This document shows, piece by piece, positions 12,127-21,092 of a DNA stretch of 64,000 nt. The DNA is from an uncultured delta proteobacterium (lineage in GTDB: Bacteria > Desulfobacterota > Zymogenia > Zymogenales > Zymogenaceae). Position numbers and translations under genes: made by a program. The notes under the pieces were generated by a model that did no database searches, had not been told where the DNA came from, and was given only the letters and a program-made list of their open reading frames with translations. Where the stretch lies: positions 352,001-416,000 of the forward strand of contig CAVTLK010000005.1 in assembly GCA_963735595.1 (NCBI GenBank). Direction: 5' to 3'. How positions within the stretch are numbered: the stretch's first letter is position 1; the number at the start of each line of letters is the position of its first letter.

Positions 12127-12924
12127 ATGAGAAGCGAACAGTCACCTAAGGGCGGCGTCGTCGCCGCGGAAGGAACGCTCTACCTGGGGGTCGGGCGCTA
12201 CATGATTACCATTCCGCCGTGCCTGATGAGGATGGGGGCCGCCGGAAGCGCCCGGCAGGCGGATAAGCTGCTGGCCCGTTTGTCCCCGGAACACCACCTC
12301 GTTCGGGATTTCGTCGTGACCGAGATCCCGAGAAAGGCGGCGTCTCTCTCCGCGGACTACATCGCGCATCAATTGGACCTTCCCATTGGACGGGTTCGGG
12401 ACATCGTTGATGAGCTCGAAAAGGGGAAGGTGTTTCTATTCAGGAATGAGCGTGGTGAGGTTACCTGGGCCTACCCGGTGACCGCAGAACCGACGCCGCA
12501 CCACGTGACGTTCAGCACGGGCGAGCAGATCTATGCGGCCTGAGCCATCGACGCCTTGGCGCTGCCCTTCGTGCAAGGGCAATTGATAAAACGGCCGCTC
12601 TCGTTCGTCATCAGGAGCGAATGCAAGAACAGTGGAGACCCCATCGAGATTGCCATCGACAGCGACCTGCGATACCGGGTCGCCGACGAGCAAGGCGGCG
12701 TGAGGGTGTTCGTCCCGATGGTGGACGTGATAACGCTCGACGAGCCCAGCATCATCGATTCCTTCTGACGACGATCGGTGTTCTTCCGGTCGGAAGAAGA
12801 CGCGAAGAAATACCGTCGTGCCTGCAAGGGGGTTAAGGGCCTCTACCTTACGCTCGACCATGGCGTATATCTCACGAGGGTCATCCAGTCGGCAATCTTC
12901 GCTTTCTCGAAACGTGCCCGGTGA
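12127..12924 (+). CDS. MerB-like (organomercurial lyase family) protein with two putative selenocysteines (U139, U214), 265 aa
   Basis: Reading through TGA 12541-12543 and TGA 12766-12768 gives ...AYPVTAEPTPH...IYAA-U-AIDALALPF...RSECKNSGDPIEI...IIDSF-U-RRSVFFRSEEDAKKY..., collinear with MerB YAWCALD, SHCAATG and QSFCCHVHFF. SD AAAGGAGGA at 12111-12119; stop TGA 12922-12924. Confidence 0.88.
12563..12581 (+). promoter_or_regulatory. putative SECIS element 1
   Basis: Stem TGCCCTT/AAGGGCA with loop CGTGC; the loop begins 26 nt after the first TGA. Confidence 0.65.
12781..12798 (+). promoter_or_regulatory. putative SECIS element 2
   Basis: Stem TTCTTCC/GGAAGAA with loop GGTC; the loop begins 19 nt after the second TGA. 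Confidence 0.72.
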
Positions 12925-12972
12925 GGGATCTTTTACCCGGCGAATCCGGGTTGAAGGGAGATACCTCGTTTG

Positions 12973-13017
12973 AAAACAGGGGCGGCTTCCCAGGAGGGGG
13001 GCCGCCCCGATTGTTTT
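12973..13017 (+). terminator. intrinsic terminator-like hairpin after the merB-like gene
   Basis: GGGGCGGC...GCCGCCCC stem flanked by AAAACA and TGTTTT. Confidence 0.6.
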
Positions 13018-13113
13018 ATGCCGTAATGGTGAGGTACCTTGCTTCATGCCCGTCGGCCCGAACCCGGACTCGATGGGGGGCAGCCCCCTCTCTTCGGACT
13101 TTCCCTTTTTGCG

Positions 13114-13141
13114 TTGACAAAAAGCCGCCTTCCTTTATAAT
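13114..13141 (+). promoter_or_regulatory. consensus sigma70 promoter
   Basis: TTGACA 13114-13119, 16 nt, TATAAT 13136-13141. Confidence 0.7.
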
Positions 13142-13240
13142 GAAAAAGAGCCCAATGCGGTACATTATTCCGATTTCGTTGTCATATCATTATGTTCCTT
13201 TGTATGCCGGGGCCCGTGCGACGGGCCGACGGGGCGGCGC

Positions 13241-13276
13241 CGATACTGGCGATACGGGCGATACAGGCGATACGGG
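13241..13276 (+). repeat. 9-bp tandem repeat (CGATACNGG x4)
   Basis: CGATACTGG CGATACGGG CGATACAGG CGATACGGG read directly. Confidence 0.85.
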
Positions 13277-13290
13277 AAGTCACAGCCGAA

Positions 13291-13737
13291 ATGGACGCTA
13301 CCGATAGAAAGATCCTGAAGGTTATCCAGGAAGCGTTCCCGCTGACCGATACCCCCTTTTCCGACGTGGCCGGTCCGCTGGGGCTTGCCGAGGCCGAGGT
13401 TATTTCCCGGATCGCGGCCCTCAAGCAGGCCGGCGTTATAAGGCGCATCGGGGCGGTGCTTGATGCGCGGTCGCTGGGCGTTGCCACGATACTGTGCGCG
13501 ACTCGGGTGGACCGGGAGCGGATCGAGGAAGCGGCAGCCGCCGTCAGCTCATTTCGTCAGGTCACGCATAACTACGAGCGGGATGGGGATTACAACCTCT
13601 GGTTTACCGTCTGGGCGCGGGACGAGGACGAGCTGGACCGCACCATCCGCGATATCGAGGGAAAAGCCGGGATCTCGGTCATACGCCTTCCGGCGGTCGA
13701 GACCTATAAGATCAGGGCGGTCTTTGACCCGTCCTGA
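13291..13737 (+). CDS. siroheme decarboxylase subunit-like Lrp/AsnC protein (AhbA/NirD family)
   Basis: MDATDRKIL..IQEAFPL...PF, GVIRRIGAV and VTHNYER...YNLWFT signature. Confidence 0.88.
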   Translation: MDATDRKILKVIQEAFPLTDTPFSDVAGPLGLAEAEVISRIAALKQAGVIRRIGAVLDARSLGVATILCATRVDRERIEEAAAAVSSFRQVTHNYERDGDYNLWFTVWARDEDELDRTIRDIEGKAGISVIRLPAVETYKIRAVFDPS

Positions 13738-13780
13738 GGAGTTCGCGGTCCGACGCGGTTCTCGTCGTAATGGGCGGGGA

Positions 13781-13978
13781 ATGATCACGTATAAAGTTGC
13801 GGAGCTGACCGTTGTCACCGAGGATACGATCGAGGAGGCACTTAACCGGCACGTTCGGGACGGATGGCGGCTCGATACGATACAATTTGCCATGGGGCCG
13901 GCAAGTAAGCGGCCCGCGATGGCCTTTATCCTTTTTATAAGGGAAGATCACAATGACGACAACGCTCAAGAAGGCTGA
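13781..13978 (+). CDS. small DUF4177-like protein
   Basis: MITYKVAELTVVTEDTIEEALNRHVRDGWRLDTIQFAM...; YKV..LN..GW pattern. Confidence 0.7.
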   Translation: MITYKVAELTVVTEDTIEEALNRHVRDGWRLDTIQFAMGPASKRPAMAFILFIREDHNDDNAQEG

Positions 13979-14381
13979 TCTCACACACCGGCTGCTGGCG
14001 CGCTTCATTGACTTTCTGATCGGCGCCGCCTTCTGCCTCGTCCTGTTTCCGGTGGGGGTACTCGCGGGGGCGACCTATATCGCGATCGCCGACGGCCTGT
14101 TCGGCGGGCAGAGCCTCGGAAAGCGAATCATCGGGCTCAAGGTCGTCCGCGTGGCCGACGGCGGCCCGATCACCTTCAAGGATTCGCTGATCAGGAACTC
14201 GATGTACGCCGTCATCTATCTCTTCTATCTCATCCCTTACCTCCGGTGGGTCCTGATCCCCACGGTCGGCCTGATCATCGTCGGTTTTGAGGTCTACTAC
14301 CTCATCGTTGACACCAACGGGTTCCGGGTCGGGGACCTGGCGGCCGATACACGGGTCATCGATGAGCCGGCCCGTTTGTGA
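13953..14381 (+). CDS. RDD family membrane protein
   Basis: RLLARFIDF, GQSLGKRIIGLKVV, RVGDLAADTRV. Confidence 0.92.
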   Translation: MTTTLKKADLTHRLLARFIDFLIGAAFCLVLFPVGVLAGATYIAIADGLFGGQSLGKRIIGLKVVRVADGGPITFKDSLIRNSMYAVIYLFYLIPYLRWVLIPTVGLIIVGFEVYYLIVDTNGFRVGDLAADTRVIDEPARL

Positions 14382-14528
14382 TCCGCGCGACGGTGCGGGC
14401 ATTCTTGCCTGCGTAATATCCCGAAGCGGGGCGACGACGACGGGACGGCTCAAACCGGCCGCGGCGTCTCTGATACGCCGGGGTAACGCGGCCTCTGTTC
14501 AGGCAACATACGGCAGGAGGATATATAC

Positions 14529-15695
14529 ATGTCTCAGATTCCCACGCCAATCACGACGCCTCCGGATGCGGCCGAGCTTGCCGACAGGCTCTCGCGGGTT
14601 CGGGCGCTCATGGAGCGCGAAGGCCTTGATTACTACGTCTCCTTTGACCCGGTCAATGTCTACTACCTGACCAATTTTGCCAACAACGTCCACGAGCGGC
14701 CCTTTATCCTGGTCATCGGCAGGAAGGGCGCGCCGGTCATGCTCTGCCCGCTTCTGGAGACGAGCCACGTCAAGGCGCGCGCCCGGTGCGAGCTCGAGTA
14801 CGTCACCTATTACGAGTTTCCGGCGCCGGCCGAGCAGAACTGGTTTGACCTCTACGCCACGCTCATCCCGGCCAAGGCCCGGGTGGGGGTGGAGGAGGCC
14901 ATGCCGGTCGGGATCGCCCATCGGACCGGCGGGGTCGTCGTGGTGACCGATATAATAGACGAGGTCCGCCTGGTCAAGACCGACTACGAGATCGGCCGGT
15001 CGGTGCACGCGTCGGCAGTCGTGAACTTCGGTCACACCAAGCTCCTGGAAGTGACCCGTCCCGGCGTCCTGGAGATCGCCATCTACGGCGAGGTGGTGCG
15101 GGCCATGATGGGAAAGGTGCTCACGGAGATCCCGGAGGCAAACCTGATCGTCTCCCGCTTCGTGGGGGCGGTGTGGCCCCCCTCGATATCACACGACCCG
15201 CACCGCGTTCCCACGCCCTACCTGCCGATGGAGGAAGGCGGGCCGCACGTCTCGATCGTGACGGCCCAGGCCGACGGCTACGGGATGGAGATGGAGCGGA
15301 GCTTCTTCCTCGGCGGCGTCCCCGAGGACGCCCGAGAGCCGTTTGCCGTTATGATGGAGGCCAGGGAACTGGCCTACAAACTGGCGAAACCGGGGGCCGT
15401 ACTCTCGGATATCGACCGACGGGTGCGCAAGGTGATTATCGACGCGGGCTACGAAAAAAATATCCTGCACCGGACGGGTCACGGGCTGGGGATAACCGGC
15501 CACGAGGCGCCCTACCTCGCCCTCGGGGACGACCGGAAGCTGGAGCCGGGGATGCTCATCTCTATCGAGCCGGGCATCTATATCCCGGGCAAGGGGGGCT
15601 TCAGGCATTCGGATTCGGTCCTGATTACCAAGACAGGAAACGTGAGGCTCACCGAGGCGCCGGACGGCCTCGAACAACTGACGATCGCGGTTTAG
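14529..15695 (+). CDS. M24 family Xaa-Pro peptidase
   Basis: Creatinase-type N-terminal domain; HRTGHGLGITGHEAP, SIEPGIY, GFRHSDSV. Confidence 0.93.
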   Translation: MSQIPTPITTPPDAAELADRLSRVRALMEREGLDYYVSFDPVNVYYLTNFANNVHERPFILVIGRKGAPVMLCPLLETSHVKARARCELEYVTYYEFPAPAEQNWFDLYATLIPAKARVGVEEAMPVGIAHRTGGVVVVTDIIDEVRLVKTDYEIGRSVHASAVVNFGHTKLLEVTRPGVLEIAIYGEVVRAMMGKVLTEIPEANLIVSRFVGAVWPPSISHDPHRVPTPYLPMEEGGPHVSIVTAQADGYGMEMERSFFLGGVPEDAREPFAVMMEARELAYKLAKPGAVLSDIDRRVRKVIIDAGYEKNILHRTGHGLGITGHEAPYLALGDDRKLEPGMLISIEPGIYIPGKGGFRHSDSVLITKTGNVRLTEAPDGLEQLTIAV

Positions 15696-15795
15696 ACCGC
15701 CATCGAAGGGATATCACCTATGAAGAAAGAAGGATACATCGCCGGAGTTTACCGTCGGCGGGCGCCCGGCTGTCTTCACGCTCGTCGTCGTTACG

Positions 15796-17040
15796 ATGCT
15801 CTATGTCGTCAACTACATGGACCGCATGGTGCTGTCGGCGACGTTACCGCTCATCAAGGCCGACCTGATGCTTTCCGACGCCCAGTGCGGCTGGCTGGGG
15901 ACTATATATTTCATCGTCGTGGCGCTGCTGACGATACCGGCGGCGATCCTCTGCGACCGGTGGAGCCGTAAAAAATCGCTCGCGATCATGGCGGTGTTAT
16001 GGAGCGGGGCGACCTTCCTGACCGGGCTGAGCGGGCGTTTCCTGCCGCTGTTTGCCGCCCGCGGAGGGGTGGGTGTGGGGGAGGCGGGGTTTACCCCCGG
16101 CGGGATCGCATATATCTCCGGCTCCTTCAGGGAAGAATCCCGGGCCAGGGTCACGGGTGTCTTCAACCTGGGCCAGCCGCTGGGCTCCATCATCGGGATC
16201 GTAATCGCCGGCGTTGCGGCGCAGGCTAACCTCTGGGGGATGGGGTGGCGGTCGCCCTTTTTCCTCTTTGCGGTTCCGGGCGTCCTGCTGGGAATCCTGG
16301 TGCTATTTACCCGCGATTACCCCACGACCCCGATTACGGCGGCCGATTCCGGCGAGAAGAACATGGGGGTCGGCAGGGGGCTCCTGATCATCCTGAAGAC
16401 GCCGACGCTCCTCTTTACCTCCCTGGGCGTCGGGGCGCTGAGCTTCGTGGGCGGGGCGGTGGGATACTGGCTCCCAACCTATTTTGTGCGGACGCGCGGA
16501 ATCGACGTGGCCAAGGCATCCTACCTCATGGGCGGGATTATCCTGGTGGCCTGCATCGGGCCGATTCTCGGCGGGATACTCGCCGACGGATGGAAGAAGA
16601 AACGCACGAACGCCCGGCCGCTGACCGCGGCCCTGTTCGCCGCCTTTTTAGGCGTATTTCTCTATTTCGGCTTTCTCGTGGATTTGGCCGGGATACTATC
16701 GGCCTCCTACCTGCTCTTCATTATCGCGGGCGTGCTCCTGTTTGCCTACACGGCGCCCGCCTACGCCGTAACCCAGGACCTGGCGCCCCGGTCCATGCGC
16801 AGCATCAGTATGGGGTTGCTGGTCCTGATCACCTATGGGACGCTGGGCGCATATTCGCCGGTCGTGGTGGGGTGGCTCTCCGACATGCTGGGCGCGGAGG
16901 GCGCACCGAACCTGACGGCGGCCTTCATGTTCGTCCCGCCGGTGGCGTTTCTCGGGGCGCTTTTCTTCTTCCTGGCGGCGCGCTTCCACGACCGGGACGT
17001 GGCAAAGGTGTCGGCGGGTATCGGTCGGGGCGGGGTATAA
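15796..17040 (+). CDS. MFS transporter (spinster/ACS-like); true start may be ATG 15720 via an indel
   Basis: NYMDR, LSDAQCGWL, GVGEAGFTPGG; about 12 TM; the frame stays open upstream to TGA 15721. Confidence 0.88.
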   Translation: MLYVVNYMDRMVLSATLPLIKADLMLSDAQCGWLGTIYFIVVALLTIPAAILCDRWSRKKSLAIMAVLWSGATFLTGLSGRFLPLFAARGGVGVGEAGFTPGGIAYISGSFREESRARVTGVFNLGQPLGSIIGIVIAGVAAQANLWGMGWRSPFFLFAVPGVLLGILVLFTRDYPTTPITAADSGEKNMGVGRGLLIILKTPTLLFTSLGVGALSFVGGAVGYWLPTYFVRTRGIDVAKASYLMGGIILVACIGPILGGILADGWKKKRTNARPLTAALFAAFLGVFLYFGFLVDLAGILSASYLLFIIAGVLLFAYTAPAYAVTQDLAPRSMRSISMGLLVLITYGTLGAYSPVVVGWLSDMLGAEGAPNLTAAFMFVPPVAFLGALFFFLAARFHDRDVAKVSAGIGRGGV

Positions 17041-17258
17041 CCGGACGGGGATTTCGACAGCCCTGTCACAAGGGGCTTGAAACGGCCGTCCCGCCGGTGT
17101 AGAATGAAACCGGCCTTCCGGAAAGACGGCCGCGCACGTTAAAGGCGCCGCCGTGGGGGGCAGGGGTTTCCTGAAGGGACGACAAAGAGATCGGCTCAAC
17201 CCGTAACGGATAACTACTATATAATATATAGACGTCACACTAACTCGGATACCATACG

Positions 17259-17708
17259 ATGAAGAAATCAACCGCGGCTTCACGAAGCGCCGGTGCGAGT
17301 ACGCCGCCGCGGGGCGGACTTACCCTGGGGCTGCTGCTCAGGCTCCAGGTCTTCTACTGCCTCCTGGGGGTCGGCTACAACCTCGTGAGCCTCGTCCTTT
17401 CGAAGACGGGCGGCTCGACGCTCGCCCCCACCAACCCGGTGACGGGCATGATCGTCATGGCCGTCTACGGCGGGTGCCTGGCGGTCGGCGCGCTTGGCTA
17501 TGCAAGGATCTACCGCATACTGATGGGCCTTTGCGTGCTGGTGCTTGGCTACGGGGGCGTGGTCGTGCACCTGCTCAATTATACCACCGGCCGCACCTTC
17601 CTCTACGATTCGACCCTCGCCTGGGGCCTGGCGGTAGGCATCAACCTCTTCGGGCTTGTCCTCAACTTCATCGGCGCCCTCGGGCTCTTTTCGGACGGGG
17701 GCAAATAG
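17259..17708 (+). CDS. hypothetical membrane protein (about 4 TM)
   Basis: 149-aa hydrophobic ORF with the host's GC3-rich codon usage. Confidence 0.75.
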   Translation: MKKSTAASRSAGASTPPRGGLTLGLLLRLQVFYCLLGVGYNLVSLVLSKTGGSTLAPTNPVTGMIVMAVYGGCLAVGALGYARIYRILMGLCVLVLGYGGVVVHLLNYTTGRTFLYDSTLAWGLAVGINLFGLVLNFIGALGLFSDGGK

Positions 17709-17762
17709 CCCCTAACCCATTATCACGATATGCCTCCATGCCGGCAATCCAGAGAGTAACCC

Positions 17763-18998
17763 ATGCGATACGAGCTTTTCATCGGCCGCCGCTACCTGAA
17801 GTCCAAGCGCAAGCAGGCCTTTATCTCGCTGATAACCCTCATCTCAGTGGGGGGGGTCGCCCTGGGGGTGGCGGCGCTTATCGTCGTCACGTCGGTGATG
17901 ACCGGCTTCACCAAGCAGCTGACCGATAAGATCCTCGGCGTCTATTCCCATCTCGTCGTCCTCAAGGAGGGCGAGCCCTTCAATGATTACCCCGAGATCA
18001 TGGGCCAGCTCGGCAAGATCCCCGGGGTGGTCGCTTCGACCCCCTTCATACAGACCCAGGTGATGCTGACGGGGGTCGACGGCGAGATGACGGGGGCGGT
18101 ACTGAGGGGGGTGGACGTTGCCACGGCGCCCGCGGTTATCTCCGTCAAGCGGGACATGGTCAAGGGGAGCTTCGAAGACCTGGAAAGGGCGCAGGACCAG
18201 TCCCCGGGCGTCATCCTCGGCACGGGCCTCGCCGAGAAACTCGGGGTGGGTGTCGGCGATGAGCTGGTCATGCTCTCGCCCGATGGGGGGGGAGGTCTCG
18301 CCCTTTGGGATGACCCCAAAGATGAAACGGTTTGCCGTCGTCGGGATCTTCGATTCGGGCATGTTCGAATACAACGGCACCTTTGCCTACGTCTCGCTGC
18401 GGTACCGCCCAGGGCTTCCTCGAAGTGCCGGGGGCGGTCACCGGTATCGAGGTCAGGCTTGCCGACGTCTACCGGGCAAAGGACACCGGGAAGCTCATCC
18501 GGGCCACGCTCTCGTTCTCGTACTACGTGCTTGGACTGGATGGACATGAACCGGAACCTGTTCGCGGCGCTGGCCCTGCAGAAGGCGACGCTCTTCGTGA
18601 TCCTCACGCTCATCATCTTTGTGGCGGCCTTTAACATCGCCTCGACCCTCATCATGGTGGTGATGGAGAAGAACAAGGATATCGCGATCCTCACGGCAAT
18701 GGGTGCTACGCCGGGGGGCATCATGCGGATATTCATGTTCGAGGGGTTCGTCGTCGGGGCGTTCGGCACGATGATCGGGCTTGCCCTCGGCCTGGGGGCG
18801 TGCCGCCTGCTGGAGCGCTACCACTTCATCGACCTTGACCCGAAGATATACTATTTCACGACGCTGCCGGTACAGGTCGTGCCCTCGGACGTGGCGATCA
18901 TCATCGGCGCGTCGCTTTTGATCTGCCTGGCCTCGGCCGTCTACCCGGCCTGGCGGGCCTCCCGGATGGACCCGCTTGACGCCATCCGGTACGAGTAA
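17763..18998 (+). CDS. lolE: lipoprotein-releasing ABC transporter permease LolC/E, paralogue 1 (three compensating frameshifts)
   Basis: YELFIGRRYL..KRKQAFISLI, VAAFNIASTLIMVVMEK..DIAIL, YPAWRASRMDP; the segment ~18280-18530 is correct only in the alternative frames. Confidence 0.88.
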   Translation: MRYELFIGRRYLKSKRKQAFISLITLISVGGVALGVAALIVVTSVMTGFTKQLTDKILGVYSHLVVLKEGEPFNDYPEIMGQLGKIPGVVASTPFIQTQVMLTGVDGEMTGAVLRGVDVATAPAVISVKRDMVKGSFEDLERAQDQSPGVILGTGLAEKLGVGVGDELVMLSPDGGGGLALWDDPKDETVCRRRDLRFGHVRIQRHLCLRLAAVPPRASSKCRGRSPVSRSGLPTSTGQRTPGSSSGPRSRSRTTCLDWMDMNRNLFAALALQKATLFVILTLIIFVAAFNIASTLIMVVMEKNKDIAILTAMGATPGGIMRIFMFEGFVVGAFGTMIGLALGLGACRLLERYHFIDLDPKIYYFTTLPVQVVPSDVAIIIGASLLICLASAVYPAWRASRMDPLDAIRYE

Positions 18999-19029
18999 CG
19001 GGACATAATTACTACGGAAGGGGATTAGC

Positions 19030-19812
19030 ATGAGACGATCGATCGGCCTCTTTCTCGGATTTGTAATCTTTTTGGCTGCGGCCTTTACGGCGGTAGCCGC
19101 CGACAACGCCACCATCACCGGCGACGGGGTGCGGATGCGCTGGGAGTCGAGAACCGACGCCGAGATCATCACGACCCTCAATAAAGGGACGCGGGTTGAG
19201 GTGGTCAGCCGGTCGCAGGTCTACCAGACGATAGGCGGCGATTCCGCCTTCTGGTACTACGTCACGTACGGTAAAGACTCGGGATTTGTCTTCGGCCGCT
19301 TCATCGCCATAGACCCCGCGGCCGCGCCCTCATTCGAGCCGGTGATGCTGCCGGGCGGTCCGAGCTTCCCGTTCGAGGACTGGGGGGCGTGCCCCATGGA
19401 GTGCTGCGCCTATCGGGAGTGGAGCGTTGAAAAGGAGACGGTCGTCCGGACCGACCGGTACGAAACGGCCCCGGCGGCCTTTACCGTGAAGCCGGGCGAG
19501 TGGGTGACGGGGCTGACCGGCGTAGTGATCGTGACGGCGCCGGGTCGCGGCGAAGTGACGACGTCCATGAAGCTGGGCGAACGCCAGGCCTCGCCGGGGG
19601 ACGTCGTGGAATACCTCACCTACCAGGGGGAGGGATTCTACAAGGTCTGGTTCAAGGGCCAGATGCTCGACGGGGTGGAAGGCTACGGGTCGGTCGTGAT
19701 GAAGGCGGAGCCGGTCTGGATCTGGTGGGCCGAGATCAAGAATAAGAAGGGGCAGGTCGGCTGGACGAACGAGGTGAGGAACTTCGGCAACATCTACTCG
19801 TGCGGGGATTAG
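19030..19812 (+). CDS. secreted SH3-domain-containing protein
   Basis: Signal peptide ending AVAA; bacterial SH3 pattern (GVRMR...IITTLNKGTRVEV...WYYV...GFVFG); second domain after GACPMECCAYREW. Confidence 0.8.
   Translation: MRRSIGLFLGFVIFLAAAFTAVAADNATITGDGVRMRWESRTDAEIITTLNKGTRVEVVSRSQVYQTIGGDSAFWYYVTYGKDSGFVFGRFIAIDPAAAPSFEPVMLPGGPSFPFEDWGACPMECCAYREWSVEKETVVRTDRYETAPAAFTVKPGEWVTGLTGVVIVTAPGRGEVTTSMKLGERQASPGDVVEYLTYQGEGFYKVWFKGQMLDGVEGYGSVVMKAEPVWIWWAEIKNKKGQVGWTNEVRNFGNIYSCGD
19753..19812 (+). repeat. 60-bp direct repeat, copy 1 (3' end of the SH3 gene)
   Basis: 58/60 identical to 21093-21152. Confidence 0.92.
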
Positions 19813-19872
19813 AGGGGCTGAAAGAATGCGGGGCCCGACGCTCCAAACGAAACGACGGAAACAACAATAAGT

Positions 19873-19904
19873 AATAAGGGCGGCCTAAAAAGGCCGCCCT
19901 TATT
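19873..19904. terminator. bidirectional terminator
   Basis: AATAAGGGCGGCCT-AAAA-AGGCCGCCCTTATT perfect stem between convergent genes. Confidence 0.8.
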
Positions 19905-19907
19905 GTT

Positions 19908-20726
19908 TCAAACATGCGAAGACCCGGGTATCATACCCCGCCGCGTGATTCGATCCCGTATGAAGTTGTATATCCGCATAGACACATAGAGGACGAACAA
20001 CAACAGCAGCACCATGACCAGGGCCGCCGCGTCATAGTCGGTGGGACGGAAGTTAGTCAACGGAAAGACTATTTCGGCAATGCCTTCGGTCCTTACGTCT
20101 TGGATGATAGCAAGGAGAGCTGCTACCGAGCAGAATCTGAGTATCCGCGAAACTTCGTTTCGCGTTACACGCGCCCAGGAGAACCCCCGGAAGATCGTCC
20201 GAACCGCACCGATCGATGGCGGGCTCGGGAATATCTCGGGGACGTTTGATTCATATTCAGTATATGCCGCCCCGTGTTTTATCGCGAGCCTCTCGTTTTC
20301 GACCTTAAGCGTCGGCCCGTAGGCCCAGAAAAAGAAGAAGGGATACAGGGCGATCAGGTAGATATTCCCGACAATCAGGCAAAAACTCATTTCAACCAAG
20401 AAGTTGGCCAGGTAAAAGGGGTGCCGGACTAAAGCATACGCCCCCTCGGTGCAGAGGACCCTGGTGCGAATGAGCTGCCCCTTGACGAGCAGATGAAGGC
20501 TAATACCGACGAACAGGAGAAAGAGAGCGAAGGAGATTCGAACGGGCTCGATACCGGCGGGCAGCAGCAAAGACAGAACGATGGAGGCGGTAATCAGGGC
20601 GTTTCTGAGATTGCCCCGATTTAAGAAGAAACGTGCTTGGGATTTTTCCACAGTATGTATCCGAAGCTCCGCGGTATCCGCAGCACAGGAAGACGGCGCA
20701 TTTTCCGCTGTCTTTTTCTTACTCAT
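19908..20726 (-). CDS. isoprenylcysteine carboxyl methyltransferase/PEMT-family membrane protein
   Basis: LCTEGAYALVRHPFYLAN and ENERLAIKHGAAYTEYESNVP signature. Confidence 0.85.
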   Translation of the reverse strand: MSKKKTAENAPSSCAADTAELRIHTVEKSQARFFLNRGNLRNALITASIVLSLLLPAGIEPVRISFALFLLFVGISLHLLVKGQLIRTRVLCTEGAYALVRHPFYLANFLVEMSFCLIVGNIYLIALYPFFFFWAYGPTLKVENERLAIKHGAAYTEYESNVPEIFPSPPSIGAVRTIFRGFSWARVTRNEVSRILRFCSVAALLAIIQDVRTEGIAEIVFPLTNFRPTDYDAAALVMVLLLLFVLYVSMRIYNFIRDRITRRGMIPGSSHV

Positions 20727-21092
20727 CAGTCGTTCCCCTTACAATAGGATTATCCAAAAGAATGGGTACCGAATCGTGAACATGTTGCGCTCGCGTATTC
20801 TTAACGTAGTATATCGCCAGAATAGCCGAATCATCGAGAGGGGAGACCGGGCTGTATTCCTACGACCCATATACACCTTTGAACGTCACCGGACCGTGGC
20901 GCTCCGTCCTATTCAAAATATTATACTGCGGATAATAGAATATACGGAATCACCTGTCAATACGGTTTGGTATTATAATTTGTTAATAGGATTACGACGG
21001 TCCCAAACGCCGTGAGGCCGACAGGCCTTCGTTATTAAGTATAGCGAATAATGATGAGGTATGGCGGGCCGGGATCGGAAGCAAGACCGGTA

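Noticed and set aside
12541..12768. Genome-wide TGA reassignment (Trp/Gly) as the explanation for the MerB TGAs
   Set aside because: Many genes here end normally at TGA (e.g. 6367, 13737, 42363, 49236) and Trp is encoded by TGG; the TGAs align with Cys, not Trp or Gly.
17150..17220. Possible c-di-GMP-I riboswitch (GGGACGACAAAG)
   Set aside because: It lacks the GGCAAAC start and the GNRA-capped stem; the resemblance is only partial.
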